53,537 nt of DNA from Nostoc sp. DedSLP01. Its GTDB lineage: Bacteria > Cyanobacteriota > Cyanobacteriia > Cyanobacteriales > Nostocaceae. The first letter of the stretch is position 1. The number at the start of each line of letters is the position of its first letter. Below the pieces are notes generated by a model. The model was not told the origin of the DNA, ran no database searches, and was given only the letters and a program-made list of their open reading frames with translations. Where the stretch lies: positions 1 through 53,537 of the forward strand of contig JAVRCJ020000046.1 in assembly GCA_034530875.2 (NCBI GenBank), given 5' to 3'. This document shows positions 39,701 to 49,392 of this stretch, one piece after another. Position numbers and translations under genes: made by a program.

Positions 39701-40034
39701 TCCGATTTTGTACGTTTACTTGGTCAATATTTTTATCTGTATTCGACCCAAAATATACTGAAACTTGGCTGCTCCCTGCCGAACTATTCGAGGTCATGTA
39801 CTGCATACCCTCGACACCGTTAAGTTGGCGCTCAAGGGTTGTAGTTACTGCACTTTCGACAGTGGCGACATCTGCCCCGGTATAGTTCGCTGAGACTTGA
39901 ACGCGGATCGGCGCAATATCTGGCAAATAATTAAGAGGGAGTAGCGGAATACACACGCCTCCCAAAAGCAGAATCACTAGAGAACAAACGGTAGTTAGCA
40001 CCGGACGTTTGATAAAGTTGTTCGCGATCGACAC
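36783..40034 (-). CDS. RND efflux permease (AcrB/HAE1 family)
   Basis: FIKRPV, GLVVDDAIIVVE, KNAILIVEFA, RFRPIVMT. Confidence 0.95.
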   Translation of the reverse strand: MSIANNFIKRPVLTTVCSLVILLLGGVCIPLLPLNYLPDIAPIRVQVSANYTGADVATVESAVTTTLERQLNGVEGMQYMTSNSSAGSSQVSVYFGSNTDKNIDQVNVQNRIARATPRLPTSVQQLGVTAQTASTSILLVYTFYAENNEYDPLFISNYIDLNLRDQLLRTPGVGDLTIFGEKRYAMRLWLDPNALASRQLTVADVATALRSQNILAGAGTLGQAPVPSGQSYEIPLRVNGQFKDASEFENLVIKAGSNGDLIKLQDVGRAELGSETYASNARNNGKPAIGMAIYQSPGSNALDVARNIEAQMEELIKEFPPGLKTQIVYDTVGFVQASLEEVVKTLVEAIALVVLVIFLFLQDWRATIIPIVAIPVSLIGALAFAYIFKFSLNNLTLFGLILATGLVVDDAIIVVEAIARKIEQGVRPLQASFEAMEELTGAVVATSLVLMAVFLPVAFFPGSTGKMYQQFALVIAFSIAISTFNALSFSPSMSAILLRPPRPKRGPLGWFFNKFNQTLEWIIQRFIAIVNFLIRLRYAVVGLFVVGLAATYFMFTQVPTGFVPSEDQGIVLGIIQAPDGVALGYTDGVITKLEQILAKEPEIDNVFATSGFGFAGSGSNRGVFFAKLKPWEERTKADQSASAILGRINGAFQTIPEAIITAVSPPPIQGFSTLGGFELQLEDRTNGRLTIDDFFANAQAVIAQANQQPALAGGVFTQFTASTPQFQIDFDRDRLQALNVDFQQAVNTLSAAVGSQYVNDFTLGQQSYRVYIQSEGDYRQSPNDIRQLYVRSANNQMVRLSEVAKLTPITGPAVISHYNGFRAISIQGREAQGYSSGQAIQAMQQSVNAAAIPGVASDWIGTAREELAAGNLGILIFGFGIVMVFLTLSAQYESYIDPAIILLTVPLALLGALSALSLRGLVNDVYANVALVMLIGLASKNAILIVEFANQAFEQGMTIPKAALTAAQERFRPIVMTSSASLLGFFPLVVASGAGSASRWSLGTALFGGLLVSTILSLLIVPVLYVIIKNLEERFLKRKPSNRSGSSSPDRHQEGQTTTAQAKPAVTIAQNTADDKASNDSMH

Positions 40035-40052
40035 GATCGAGTCTCCTGGATT

Positions 40053-41387
40053 TTAGGATTGCGGTTGAATTGGCGTACCTTCTCTGAGCTTGAGAATGCC
40101 AGAGGTAACTATGGTTTCGCCGGGTTTGAGTCCTGAGAGGACTTGATAATTAGACCCTTGAATCTCACCGAGACGCACTAAACGCTGATGCACAATTTGT
40201 TGCGGTTTATCGTTGACGGTTGTATTTTCTGTGACAAACACAAAGCTTTGTCCGCCAATGCGAGAAATAGCGACGGTGGGAATCAAGATCCCTGGTTGTC
40301 GATTCCAAATCACCCGACCTTGAACGTATTGCCCATCGCGCAATCGCCCTTGAGAATTAGCAAAGCGTGCCTTGCTCAATATCGATTGCTGGTTAGAACT
40401 GACGGTTGGTGAAATATAGTTAATTGCACCTGTACCAATAGTTTTCTGGGTGTTGGGATCTATTAACTGCACGGGCAATCCAATTCGCAGTTGCTTGACT
40501 CGATTTGCAGGCACAGAAAGATTCAGATCTAGGGCATCATTTTGGGTGATGGTGGTAATTGTTTGTCCGGTGCTGAGGTAATCACCAACTTTTACAGGAA
40601 ATTCGCCGACTATGCCAGCGATCGGTGCTACAACTCGTTTCAAATTAACATCAACTTGGGCGGCTGCCGTACCTGCTTGAGCTTCGCGCACATTGGCCTG
40701 TGCTTGGCGAATTGCTGCACCAGCGGCTGCAACTTCTTTTTCTGCGGCTTGCAAATCTGCGATCGCAGCTTGTAAATTATTTCTAGCTAAATCTAATTGT
40801 TGTCTGGATTGAGCGCCTTCACTAACTAATTGTTGGGTGCGATTGAATTCGGTCTGTTGAAGTTGAACGTTTGCAGCTGCCTTAGTACGCTGCGCTTGGG
40901 CTTGTTGTAGTTGTGCTTGAGCAGTTTTTAATCCCGCTTGCGCTGCATTGGCGGCGGCAACGGAGCTGGCAACATTGGCTTGAGTTTGGTCTAAACTCAA
41001 AGATGCGATCGCCTGTCCTTTTTGGACTCGCTGACCGCTAGATACGAGAATCCTTTCAATTCGCCCTTGAATTTGCGGCTGTAGCGTGACTTTTTGCTGT
41101 GCTTCTAAGGCTCCGACAAAATCAGAACTTTGTTCGGTCGTGCTAGTGCCAACTTGCTGAACTTTTACCGGTAAGGCCGAGTTTTTAGCATTTGCTGCGG
41201 GAGCATTTTGAGTGGGGGCAGCTGATTGCTGATTTCCCAAACGCGAAAACACAGCCATGCCACCAATAGCTAACACCAGACCCAGCCCCAACCCTACCAA
41301 CAGACCCTGCTTTCCTGAAAGCTTTCCCAGAACAGAATTACTAACTTTAGAAGTTTCCAATGGCTCACCCTCCAACTGCCCAGGCAA
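40053..41387 (-). CDS. RND periplasmic adaptor (membrane fusion protein); start uncertain
   Basis: N-terminal TM, lipoyl halves (GQRVQKGQ; APIAG.VG), coiled coil, GLKPGE. Confidence 0.92.
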   Translation of the reverse strand: MPGQLEGEPLETSKVSNSVLGKLSGKQGLLVGLGLGLVLAIGGMAVFSRLGNQQSAAPTQNAPAANAKNSALPVKVQQVGTSTTEQSSDFVGALEAQQKVTLQPQIQGRIERILVSSGQRVQKGQAIASLSLDQTQANVASSVAAANAAQAGLKTAQAQLQQAQAQRTKAAANVQLQQTEFNRTQQLVSEGAQSRQQLDLARNNLQAAIADLQAAEKEVAAAGAAIRQAQANVREAQAGTAAAQVDVNLKRVVAPIAGIVGEFPVKVGDYLSTGQTITTITQNDALDLNLSVPANRVKQLRIGLPVQLIDPNTQKTIGTGAINYISPTVSSNQQSILSKARFANSQGRLRDGQYVQGRVIWNRQPGILIPTVAISRIGGQSFVFVTENTTVNDKPQQIVHQRLVRLGEIQGSNYQVLSGLKPGETIVTSGILKLREGTPIQPQS

Positions 41388-41465
41388 AACAACTAAATCT
41401 AAAAAATGCTACTCATTAGTTAGTGCCGCATAATAATCTCATACTTGAGTGACAAAATCTTCTCC

Positions 41466-41879
41466 TCAAGGGTGGGCACCAGACCTCACTTTCATTGTGC
41501 TTGTGAGTGCATCAATACTCCAAACCCCCGATCCTCGGGCGGCAATGTAAAGGAACAGGAAACAGTAAAGGACTGCTAACTCCCCGTGATTTACAATCGG
41601 CAGAAAACCCTGCGAAGCGTGTAACATGAAGTACGCAACTGCCATCTCGCCGCTGGCAATAAAAGCTGCATAGCTAGCTAGTAGCCCCAAAGCGATCGTT
41701 AATCCGCCAACCAGTTCAATCAGTCCGCCAAATCCCATCAATGAAGCCAAAGATATCGGAGGCTTGTTGCCTGGTATACCTAATAGTTTCTGGCTACCAT
41801 GCATAGCAAACATCAAACCTGTAACTATCCGCAAAATTGCATAAATGTACGGTGAATATTTCCCGATAAACGTATCCAT
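41466..41879 (-). CDS. DoxX-family membrane protein
   Basis: LRIVTG..FAMHGSQK, IELVGG, GSG.WSID. Confidence 0.9.
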   Translation of the reverse strand: MDTFIGKYSPYIYAILRIVTGLMFAMHGSQKLLGIPGNKPPISLASLMGFGGLIELVGGLTIALGLLASYAAFIASGEMAVAYFMLHASQGFLPIVNHGELAVLYCFLFLYIAARGSGVWSIDALTSTMKVRSGAHP

Positions 41880-42350
41880 GTAAGGTTACCTCTACCTTTC
41901 TAACTATGCATTAACTAGCCCCGCTAAAGTAACAATTGTTTCAGTCTCACAACGGTGACAATCTACTATAAAACAGAGGGAGAATTAATTTCTCTTTCAT
42001 TAGTAAGAAAGCTATATTTCACTAAGATGTATACACCACATTCCAGTTTGCTGAGGTACAGATAATAGATTTAAATATTACTTCTATCAAAAGTTTGATA
42101 ACTAATAAAAATAGTTAAATCTAAAGGATTACAAATATTTCTTACAGGTGACTCTAGAGAAAGATGTTTTATAGCTTCTGGTTTGGTGTCCTAGTTTATG
42201 TATTCAATTGAAGTTGTTCAGTTCTAAAGCGTTAAATTGTTTTGTAAGATTTAGATAAATGAAATAACATCCGTTGAACCTCAACAACTATCAATTAGCA
42301 AATCTATCTTTGATAGAACTTCTGAAAGCAATAGACTTGGATTTTGCCCT

Positions 42351-42863
42351 ATGAATTATTTGATTGCAGTTTTACAAAATAAATCACAAGCAGAAGCTGC
42401 TTATTCTGCATTAACAAAAGAAGGTTTATCTCCAAACCAAGTAGATATTTTGGGAAGTGGCTATAAAAGTGCTGATGATTATAACCTAATCGACCCAAAT
42501 CAACAAGCTCGCAAAGGAGCAAAGCGATTATTATACTGGCTAGTACCTTTTGGATTTATTGCCGGTTATGCCTTTAATTATCTAACTGGGATTGAAATTT
42601 TAGCGATCGGTAGTATTGGCAATCATATTATTGGTGGACTTTTAGGAGCAGCTTCTGGTGTTTTAGGCGCTTATTTAGTTGGTGGTGGAGTTGGTTTAAC
42701 TGTAGGTAGTGGTGATGCTTTGCCATATCGCAATCGTTTAAATGCAGGGAAATATTTAATAGTAGTTAAAGGAACAGAAGAGTTAACCCGCCAAGCTACA
42801 CGTATCCTACGCTCCTTTGAGCCAGAAAATATTCAAGGATATGTAGAGCCGACTAGCGCTTAA
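42351..42863 (+). CDS. Conserved membrane hypothetical protein (general-stress-protein-like)
   Basis: Gly-rich TM pair; Y.NRLNAGKYLIVV. Confidence 0.7.
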   Translation: MNYLIAVLQNKSQAEAAYSALTKEGLSPNQVDILGSGYKSADDYNLIDPNQQARKGAKRLLYWLVPFGFIAGYAFNYLTGIEILAIGSIGNHIIGGLLGAASGVLGAYLVGGGVGLTVGSGDALPYRNRLNAGKYLIVVKGTEELTRQATRILRSFEPENIQGYVEPTSA

Positions 42864-42964
42864 GATAACAGTTTTTTGCAATGCCATACCACTTTTTTGG
42901 GGAAGTAATGGAAAGACCTCAGTCAGATAAAATTCTAACAAGGTCAACTTAACAAGCATCTTTC

Positions 42965-43666
42965 ATGATTGATTTTGAACTTTGGGATAAACTACTGCGT
43001 CAATATGTAGATCCACAAGGCCGTGTAGACTATCTTGCTTGGAAAACAGAGCAACCCCAAGTGCTTGCTGATTGGTTGAAAAGCCAAGAAAAATTTCCTC
43101 TTAAATCTAACACCAATACTCCAGAGCAATTAGCATTGTGGATTAACCTCTACAATGCATTTACTATTTCCAGGATTTTAGAACTATATCCATTGGAGTC
43201 GATTTTACCAAAATTTTTCGGTATTCCTAACTGGCTGGCTTTTTTATGGTTCTTCCAGCGTCGAGCTTATTCCGTCTTTGGTCAACGTTACAGTCTAGCT
43301 CAAATAGAAAACCAAATTCTCAGAGACGAGCTGCAAGAACCACGAATTCATTTTGCAATTGTTTGCGCTTCAGTTGGTTGTCCTTTGCTACGTTCGGGAG
43401 CTTACTTTCCCGAGCAAGTTATTCAGCAGTTAGATGAAGATGCTCGTCGGTTTATTAATAATCCTCAAAAAGTTTATTATGACTCTGATAGTCAAACTCT
43501 CCACTGCAATAAAATTTTCAAGTGGTATCGAAAAGATTTTTTAAAAGTTGCGTCTTCCATCCCTGAGTACATCTATTTGTATATGAAAACAGATGTACCT
43601 TTGACTGCAAAGACAAAGATATCTTATCTTGATTATGACTGGAGTTTGAATCAGCGAATATCTTGA
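42965..43666 (+). CDS. DUF547 domain protein
   Basis: WINLYNA, EPRIHFAIVCAS.GCP, IFKWY..DF, YDWSLN. Confidence 0.9.
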   Translation: MIDFELWDKLLRQYVDPQGRVDYLAWKTEQPQVLADWLKSQEKFPLKSNTNTPEQLALWINLYNAFTISRILELYPLESILPKFFGIPNWLAFLWFFQRRAYSVFGQRYSLAQIENQILRDELQEPRIHFAIVCASVGCPLLRSGAYFPEQVIQQLDEDARRFINNPQKVYYDSDSQTLHCNKIFKWYRKDFLKVASSIPEYIYLYMKTDVPLTAKTKISYLDYDWSLNQRIS

Positions 43667-44406
43667 TAAAACTGTTTGAGATAGTTAGCATCAACGCCAA
43701 TCCCCCATAAAATTCCGACGTAGAGATAAATTGCTGTAGCTTTCCAACTACCCCAACGTACTACTCGGCGATCGGAACTTTGAACGATGCGGTTAACCAG
43801 AGCAATTCGTCCTTTTTGCACTAATTTAAGGCATAAATCTCCATCTTCCATAATTGGTAGCAATTCATTAAATCCACCGCAATCCCAAAAATCATGACGA
43901 CGACAAAACATAACTTGGTCGCCGAATAACAAACGCAATCCTTTAAAAAATAAATGAGGTCTAAATATTAGCGGAGCATAGTAACTTTTCACGTAATTGT
44001 GCAAGGATATACCCCAACGAGTGGTTTGAGAACCTGTCATTAAAGAAATAAATCCCCCACAAGCAACTGTAGGTTCTGCCAAGGTGTTTTCAATAACAGC
44101 AATAGCATCATCAGGAATCCAAGTGTCTGCATGAAGAAAACAAAGTATATCTCCAGTTGCAGCTGAGGCTCCGTAATTCATTTGAATTGCACGTCCACGC
44201 CGATCGCAAAATAGAATTTGCACGTTTAATTGTGAATTCAATGATTCCAAAACTTGTTTAGCGATCGCTACTGTATCATCTTCACTACCGCCATCTACTA
44301 CTATTACTTCTTTCACAGTTGGGTTCAATAAAGTCAGTTGACGCAAGGTACGCTCTAAACTAGCTGCTTCATTAAAGGTAGGAATAATAATCGAAACTTC
44401 AGACAT
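43651..44406 (-). CDS. GT2 glycosyltransferase, TIGR04283 (arsenosugar-cluster) type
   Basis: IIPTFNE, VDGGS.D, GRA.QMN, FLHADT, GDQ, MED, SS.RR. Confidence 0.85.
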   Translation of the reverse strand: MSEVSIIIPTFNEAASLERTLRQLTLLNPTVKEVIVVDGGSEDDTVAIAKQVLESLNSQLNVQILFCDRRGRAIQMNYGASAATGDILCFLHADTWIPDDAIAVIENTLAEPTVACGGFISLMTGSQTTRWGISLHNYVKSYYAPLIFRPHLFFKGLRLLFGDQVMFCRRHDFWDCGGFNELLPIMEDGDLCLKLVQKGRIALVNRIVQSSDRRVVRWGSWKATAIYLYVGILWGIGVDANYLKQFYQDIR

Positions 44407-44429
44407 AGGCTTCCAAGAGTTTTGGTTGA

Positions 44430-44957
44430 TTATTTTTGTCTAATATCTATCGGCTTTAAACCAAATAGATAACGGCTAATATTTATACGTTTAATTAATA
44501 GCTTATACAAACCACCTGTTAATAAAATACTTGCACTACTAATAATCAAGAACTTTTCCCCTATCCCTAAATTCCACTGCACGGTGTAAAAAGCAACTGC
44601 TACTAAAACTGTCTGATGCAATAAATAAAATGGATAAGAAGCTTGAGAAGCATATTGCAAGATACTGTTATTAAAGCTTAAGTACTTTTGACCTAACCCA
44701 ACTAAAGCTACGACTATTGGTGTGTCTTTGGGAACTGTCGAGAGTACTGCGAGGTCTGGTGCAACAGGATCGATACGTACAGCTTTTCTGATGTGACTGA
44801 TGGCATACTCTGCTTGGCTTCGCGCATCAAGCACAAATGGCTGTAGTTTTGCACCCTCAGCTAACAAGTGGCTAAATTCTGCTGTTGTTATCTGGCTCAT
44901 AGTTGGAAAACTTAGCCTGATAAAGAGTTTGAGTAAACTTAATGCTAGCGATCGCAA
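44430..44957 (-). pseudogene. In-frame chimera of a rhodanese N-terminus and an acyltransferase-3 C-terminus
   Basis: LDARSQAEYAISHI…DTPIVV switches abruptly to ALVGLGQKYL…ASYPFYLLHQ; the rhodanese catalytic Cys loop is absent. Confidence 0.65.
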
Positions 44958-45124
44958 TACGGTTTTTATGCTCCAAGTACTCGATTGGGCATTGTAAAAT
45001 CACTGCAACGCCCGATTTGAATTAACTACTGTATCTTAGCGTTCTTTTCCTGACGTCCAAGTAGGGTACGAACAGCAGTAACAATCTCAGGTACTGCAAG
45101 CACTAGGGATGCGGGCAGTGTTGC

Positions 45125-46621
45125 TCAAGAACAGCTTGTCTCTACAGAAAACCTTCTTAACTGAACTGTGTTGCGAGTGAAATAGTTTTTAATCGAGCGA
45201 CCAATAATTTTAATTCCATGTTCGATATCCTCTGGTGTTTGGCAAAAGTTCAACCGCATCGCCGGATAGCCTTGTCCGAGAAAAAATGCAGCACCACTAG
45301 CAATGAGGACATTGTGCGATAAAGCTTCAGAACAAATAGCTTGAATGGGTAAATGATTTGGTAGATGAGTCCACAGAAATAAACCGCCTTTAGGAATCGT
45401 CCAAGCGATCGCATCAGGAAAGTAGTTCTCTAGAGCTTGCAACATCAGATTACGACTTTGCAAATTATTAATCCGTAAACTATTGAGGTGACGGCGGTAA
45501 TGTCCTGATGCTAAAAACTCGCTGACAATTGCCTGAGATACCGTAGAAACGTGTAAGTCATTGAGTAATTTATGCTTTACCAGAGGTTGATGGTGTTCGC
45601 CTGTCACCACCATGTAACCAACTCTTAATCCGGGCATCAGCGTTTTTGAAAATGTGCTGATGTAAGTAACTAAATTGTGGCGATCGAATGCCTTAATGGG
45701 AGGAGGAACGGGTTCAAATCTTAATCCTTCGTAGGCATTATCTTCCAAAATAAAACATTCGTACTGTTGCGCCAACGTTATTAAAGCTTGTCGATGAGCT
45801 TGGGAAGTTGTAATACCCGTTGGATTATGTAAAGTACTGATGGTGTAAATTAATTTTGGTCGGTGACTTTTAAGATACTGCTCCAGCAATTCTAAATTCA
45901 TTCCCTCCGCAGTCATGGGAATTCCTATCACCTTAGCCTGTAAATTTTCCAGAATTCCCAATGCTCCATGATAGGTTGGTGTTTCTACAATCACCCAGTC
46001 ATCTTTTCGCAGGTAGTATTGCATTGCTAAAGATAGGGCTTGCTGCGAACCAGTAGTAATAATTATTTCTGCCGGGGAAACTTCTAATCCTTGTTGAATT
46101 AACATCTGAGCAATCAGCTGACGCAGTAAAAGCTGTCCTTGAGGAAAGTCTTCTCTAAAAAGCGTATCCCCTGTTTTAGCTAATGCTCGTTTAGCTACCC
46201 GTTGCAGATTTTCTGAGATGGAAATAGAAGGGAAACCGGAGCTGAACTCAATAATGTCTCGTTGCCGTCGAGCCTGAATTGAAGCGGTATATTGCTCAAA
46301 AAACGACCCTCCACCTTGTGAAATTATCACCTCTTGAGATGGGGCAAAGGTCGAACGCAGACTCGGGCCGGAAGTAGCTGTTATTGTATGGTTAACAAAA
46401 TATCCAGAACCCTGGCGAGCATGTATGAGTCCATCTACTTCTAAGAGACTATACGCCTCAATTACAGTCAATTTGTTAACTTGAATACTCGAAGAGAATG
46501 CCCGAATAGATGGAAGCTTTTGTCCAGATGGCATTTTGCCTGATTGAATCAAACGGCTCAGATAATTGCGAATTTGTAGATATATCGGGGTTGATGAGTG
46601 CCGATCTAAAGGGATATTCAC
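45125..46621 (-). CDS. GntR/MocR-family PLP-dependent transcription regulator
   Basis: PIYLQI…LPSIR HTH; TGSQQAL, HNPTG, EDNAY, TFSKT..PGLRVG. Confidence 0.93.
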   Translation of the reverse strand: MNIPLDRHSSTPIYLQIRNYLSRLIQSGKMPSGQKLPSIRAFSSSIQVNKLTVIEAYSLLEVDGLIHARQGSGYFVNHTITATSGPSLRSTFAPSQEVIISQGGGSFFEQYTASIQARRQRDIIEFSSGFPSISISENLQRVAKRALAKTGDTLFREDFPQGQLLLRQLIAQMLIQQGLEVSPAEIIITTGSQQALSLAMQYYLRKDDWVIVETPTYHGALGILENLQAKVIGIPMTAEGMNLELLEQYLKSHRPKLIYTISTLHNPTGITTSQAHRQALITLAQQYECFILEDNAYEGLRFEPVPPPIKAFDRHNLVTYISTFSKTLMPGLRVGYMVVTGEHHQPLVKHKLLNDLHVSTVSQAIVSEFLASGHYRRHLNSLRINNLQSRNLMLQALENYFPDAIAWTIPKGGLFLWTHLPNHLPIQAICSEALSHNVLIASGAAFFLGQGYPAMRLNFCQTPEDIEHGIKIIGRSIKNYFTRNTVQLRRFSVETSCS

Positions 46622-46801
46622 AATGCAACCTTTCCTTCCGGATGATAGCAGGGACTAGGGACTTCCAACTAAAACAATGTTCAATTCAGGGCAGGGGAGC
46701 AGGGAGCAGGGGGGAGGAACAGTGATGTTGATTTGAGAAATTGGGATAATTTGTTTTTTGGAAGTTCTCTATAGGCAATATAAGGGATTTTTCTGTGTCT
46801 G

Positions 46802-46887
46802 AACTGGTACAGTTGGGTGCAATTTGACTAGAACAGTTGGAAATACTGCGACTGTACCAGTCTCAATTGAACAAATCTGTACCTTCT
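46802..46887. promoter_or_regulatory. Phased 13-bp operator-like boxes in the divergent MocR promoter
   Basis: AACTGGTACAGTT (46802), GACTAGAACAGTT (46826), GACTGTACCAGTC (46850), and a half site CTGTACC (46877). Confidence 0.65.
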
Positions 46888-46954
46888 CATTGGGAGGTTG
46901 TCAAGCGAACCTAGAAAGTATCTGATACTTGATTGAGCCAGGAGAGACTTTTCT

Positions 46955-47182
46955 ATGAAAATAGCTCATGGATGGCCGCTACTCAAGTCAAAACTTCAAA
47001 ACGCTTGGCACAGGTTAGTTATAGCGATCGCAACGAGTTCTCAATTGCAAGTTTGGCAAACCCAACTTCCTAACGGCGATTGTTCTTGGCACGCCTATGA
47101 CCCGATGACAGGACGTTCTGCTTGTTTTGGCACTGAAATTGAAATGCGAGTGTGGATTGAAACGCAGTATTACACGAGATAG
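46955..47182 (+). CDS. Small Trp-rich conserved hypothetical protein
   Basis: W.AYDP.TG…E.EMR.WIE..YY; AGGAG upstream. Confidence 0.72.
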   Translation: MKIAHGWPLLKSKLQNAWHRLVIAIATSSQLQVWQTQLPNGDCSWHAYDPMTGRSACFGTEIEMRVWIETQYYTR

Positions 47183-47191
47183 ATCGGCATA

Positions 47192-48097
47192 ATGCAAAAT
47201 TCAAATATTTATCGTACTAGCTCAGAAACACTGGGACTAGCTTATGGCTTTTTGGGTGTGTTGGGATTTAGTCTTACCTTACCAGCAACTCGTGCTGCTG
47301 TTACCGACCTCGATCCGACTTTTGTCGGGTTAGGACGGGCGCTGGTTGCTAGCGTTCTGGCAATGATTGTGTTGTGGGTAACTCGTCAGCCTTTACCGCT
47401 TAAGAAACATTGGGGAAGCTTACTAACGATCGCAGCAGGAGTGGTTTTAGGGTTTCCGTTACTATCAGCTTGGGCAATGCAACAACTACCAGCAACACAT
47501 GGTGGAGTAATTATAGGGCTAATTCCTTTGGCAACTGCTATTACTGTCACAATCAAAGGTAGAGAGCGTCCTTCTTTAAAGTTCTGGTTCGCGAGTATTT
47601 TTGGTAGTACGACTGTTGTGTTGTTTGCTTTGACCTCTAATACCGGACAATTCCAGAAAGAAGATTTGGTATTATTAGGCGCAGTAGTCGCAGCTGCGAT
47701 TGGCTATGCAGAGGGAGGACGTTTAGCTCATATTTTGGGAGGATGGCAAGTTATCTGTTGGGCTTTAGTAATAGCATTGCCAATTTTGGTGATTCCCGTA
47801 ACATATACAGTGTTTCAGCACGGATTAGTGGCTTCACCAACTGCGTGGTTAGGTTTTAGTTATGTAAGTATTTTTAGTCAGTTCCTAGCTTTTTTTGCTT
47901 GGTATCACGGGATGAATATTAGTGGTATTGCCAGGATCAGCCAGATACAATTACTACAACCATTTTTGACAATTGTCTTTTCTGGAATATTGCTAGGGGA
48001 ACAAATTACGCCATTGATGCTAATAGTTTCTGCGATGGTCATTGCTAGCATAGTGCTAGGAAAACAGGCATTAATTAAACGCAGTCCTCAACTATAA
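47192..48097 (+). CDS. DMT/EamA-family transporter
   Basis: About 10 TM; FSLTLPATR, LLQPFLT…LLGE. Confidence 0.9.
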   Translation: MQNSNIYRTSSETLGLAYGFLGVLGFSLTLPATRAAVTDLDPTFVGLGRALVASVLAMIVLWVTRQPLPLKKHWGSLLTIAAGVVLGFPLLSAWAMQQLPATHGGVIIGLIPLATAITVTIKGRERPSLKFWFASIFGSTTVVLFALTSNTGQFQKEDLVLLGAVVAAAIGYAEGGRLAHILGGWQVICWALVIALPILVIPVTYTVFQHGLVASPTAWLGFSYVSIFSQFLAFFAWYHGMNISGIARISQIQLLQPFLTIVFSGILLGEQITPLMLIVSAMVIASIVLGKQALIKRSPQL

Positions 48098-48216
48098 AAA
48101 CTGCAAAATAATTCATATTCAAAGCGCTAGTTCTTACATCTGTAAAAATTGTGTATGAGATGCCCAAAGCATTTTCTGCTAAAGCTTTTCACTGCGATCG
48201 AGCTTGTTTGCATTTA

Positions 48217-48249
48217 AAAAGCCCTAGATCTTTCCAGGGCTTTGTTTTT
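48217..48249. terminator. Putative intrinsic terminator
   Basis: AAAAGCCCT…AGGGCTTT followed by a T-tract, between convergent genes. Confidence 0.6.
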
Positions 48250-48574
48250 ATAAGGTATTTATTAAATGCCAGCTAAAAATCTCTGCCAGCAGTGTTTATA
48301 CATATAATGATGGCTCAATCGCTTCCAGAAAAATAGGGGATAACTACCCAATTTCTACCCAATTTATCTGGGTATGTTTTTAATTTTTTCTTTAGATTTA
48401 TATGTATCTATGTCGTGAAATTATTTATACATCAGTTTAAGTGAGGTAGACAATCAATAGGGCGTAGGGTGTGGCGTATCGGGAAGCAGGGGAGCTAGGG
48501 AGGCAAAATTTCCCGAACAGTTCTGAGTTGCGAGGGGACACACAGATACAATTTGAATGACGATTAGCTGACAA

Positions 48575-49261
48575 TTATTGCCGTTCAAAGATGAATAAAA
48601 TTGAAACTGGTTTTTTAGTCTTTGGGTGGCAGGGTTCTATTAACTTCAACAAACGGTAATTTTCCAGATGAAACTCACTAATCCATGATTCGATTGTTCT
48701 GAAGTACCAGGGAGCAGGATGAAACGGCTCTAATCCTATTCCTTGCCAAGAAGTCTCTTGCCATCCATCGGTGTATGGAAAGTCGCCGCAAGCCAAAAGA
48801 GGATGAAGTGTTTGAACGATTATTTTTCCGTTATCTGCTAACAAACTTTTACCTGCCTGCGCTATCTCGCTAATAGCGCGTTCGCCAAGCAGTGAAAAGT
48901 TGCAGATGAAGCAGTCAAATTCGTTAATTATGCCAAATTTCTGCAATGGAAGATCCGAGTAGGAAGATACAACAAAGCGCTCGTCCCCAAGACACTGCGC
49001 TGATTCAACAAGTTCGGCAATAGCATCAACTCCCCAGCCATCACATCCACGACAGAAGAGTTCGCGACACAACCACCCTTCACCACACCCAATGTCTAAG
49101 AAGGCGCGCGGTTGAAGTTCAACCACAGCATCTACTATCGCTTTGTCTGTAACCAAAGCACGGCTTTCAAGCAGCTGGTGGCGAACTGCACGCGTCCACG
49201 GTTTGGCGTTCATTGCCCATGAATGGAGAATTTGTTGTTCGTTATTGTCCATAATTTCCAT
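48575..49261 (-). CDS. Class I SAM-dependent methyltransferase
   Basis: LDIGCGEG motif I, GVD. Confidence 0.88.
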   Translation of the reverse strand: MEIMDNNEQQILHSWAMNAKPWTRAVRHQLLESRALVTDKAIVDAVVELQPRAFLDIGCGEGWLCRELFCRGCDGWGVDAIAELVESAQCLGDERFVVSSYSDLPLQKFGIINEFDCFICNFSLLGERAISEIAQAGKSLLADNGKIIVQTLHPLLACGDFPYTDGWQETSWQGIGLEPFHPAPWYFRTIESWISEFHLENYRLLKLIEPCHPKTKKPVSILFIFERQ

Positions 49262-49392
49262 AATTCAATTGATACAGCACAAACTTACGGTTATGCTACG
49301 TTAGCATTAGCTTTGCTGCATAGGTATGTATTTAAAGCGATTCAATAATTGTGTAGCAATGTGCCGTAGCTGCGGGGTAAATAGATGCAGCT

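Noticed and set aside
45026..45124. Possible gene remnant (ATLPASLVLAVPEIVTAVRTLLG…) downstream of the MocR gene
   Set aside because: Too short, no start codon, and no family recognisable by eye.
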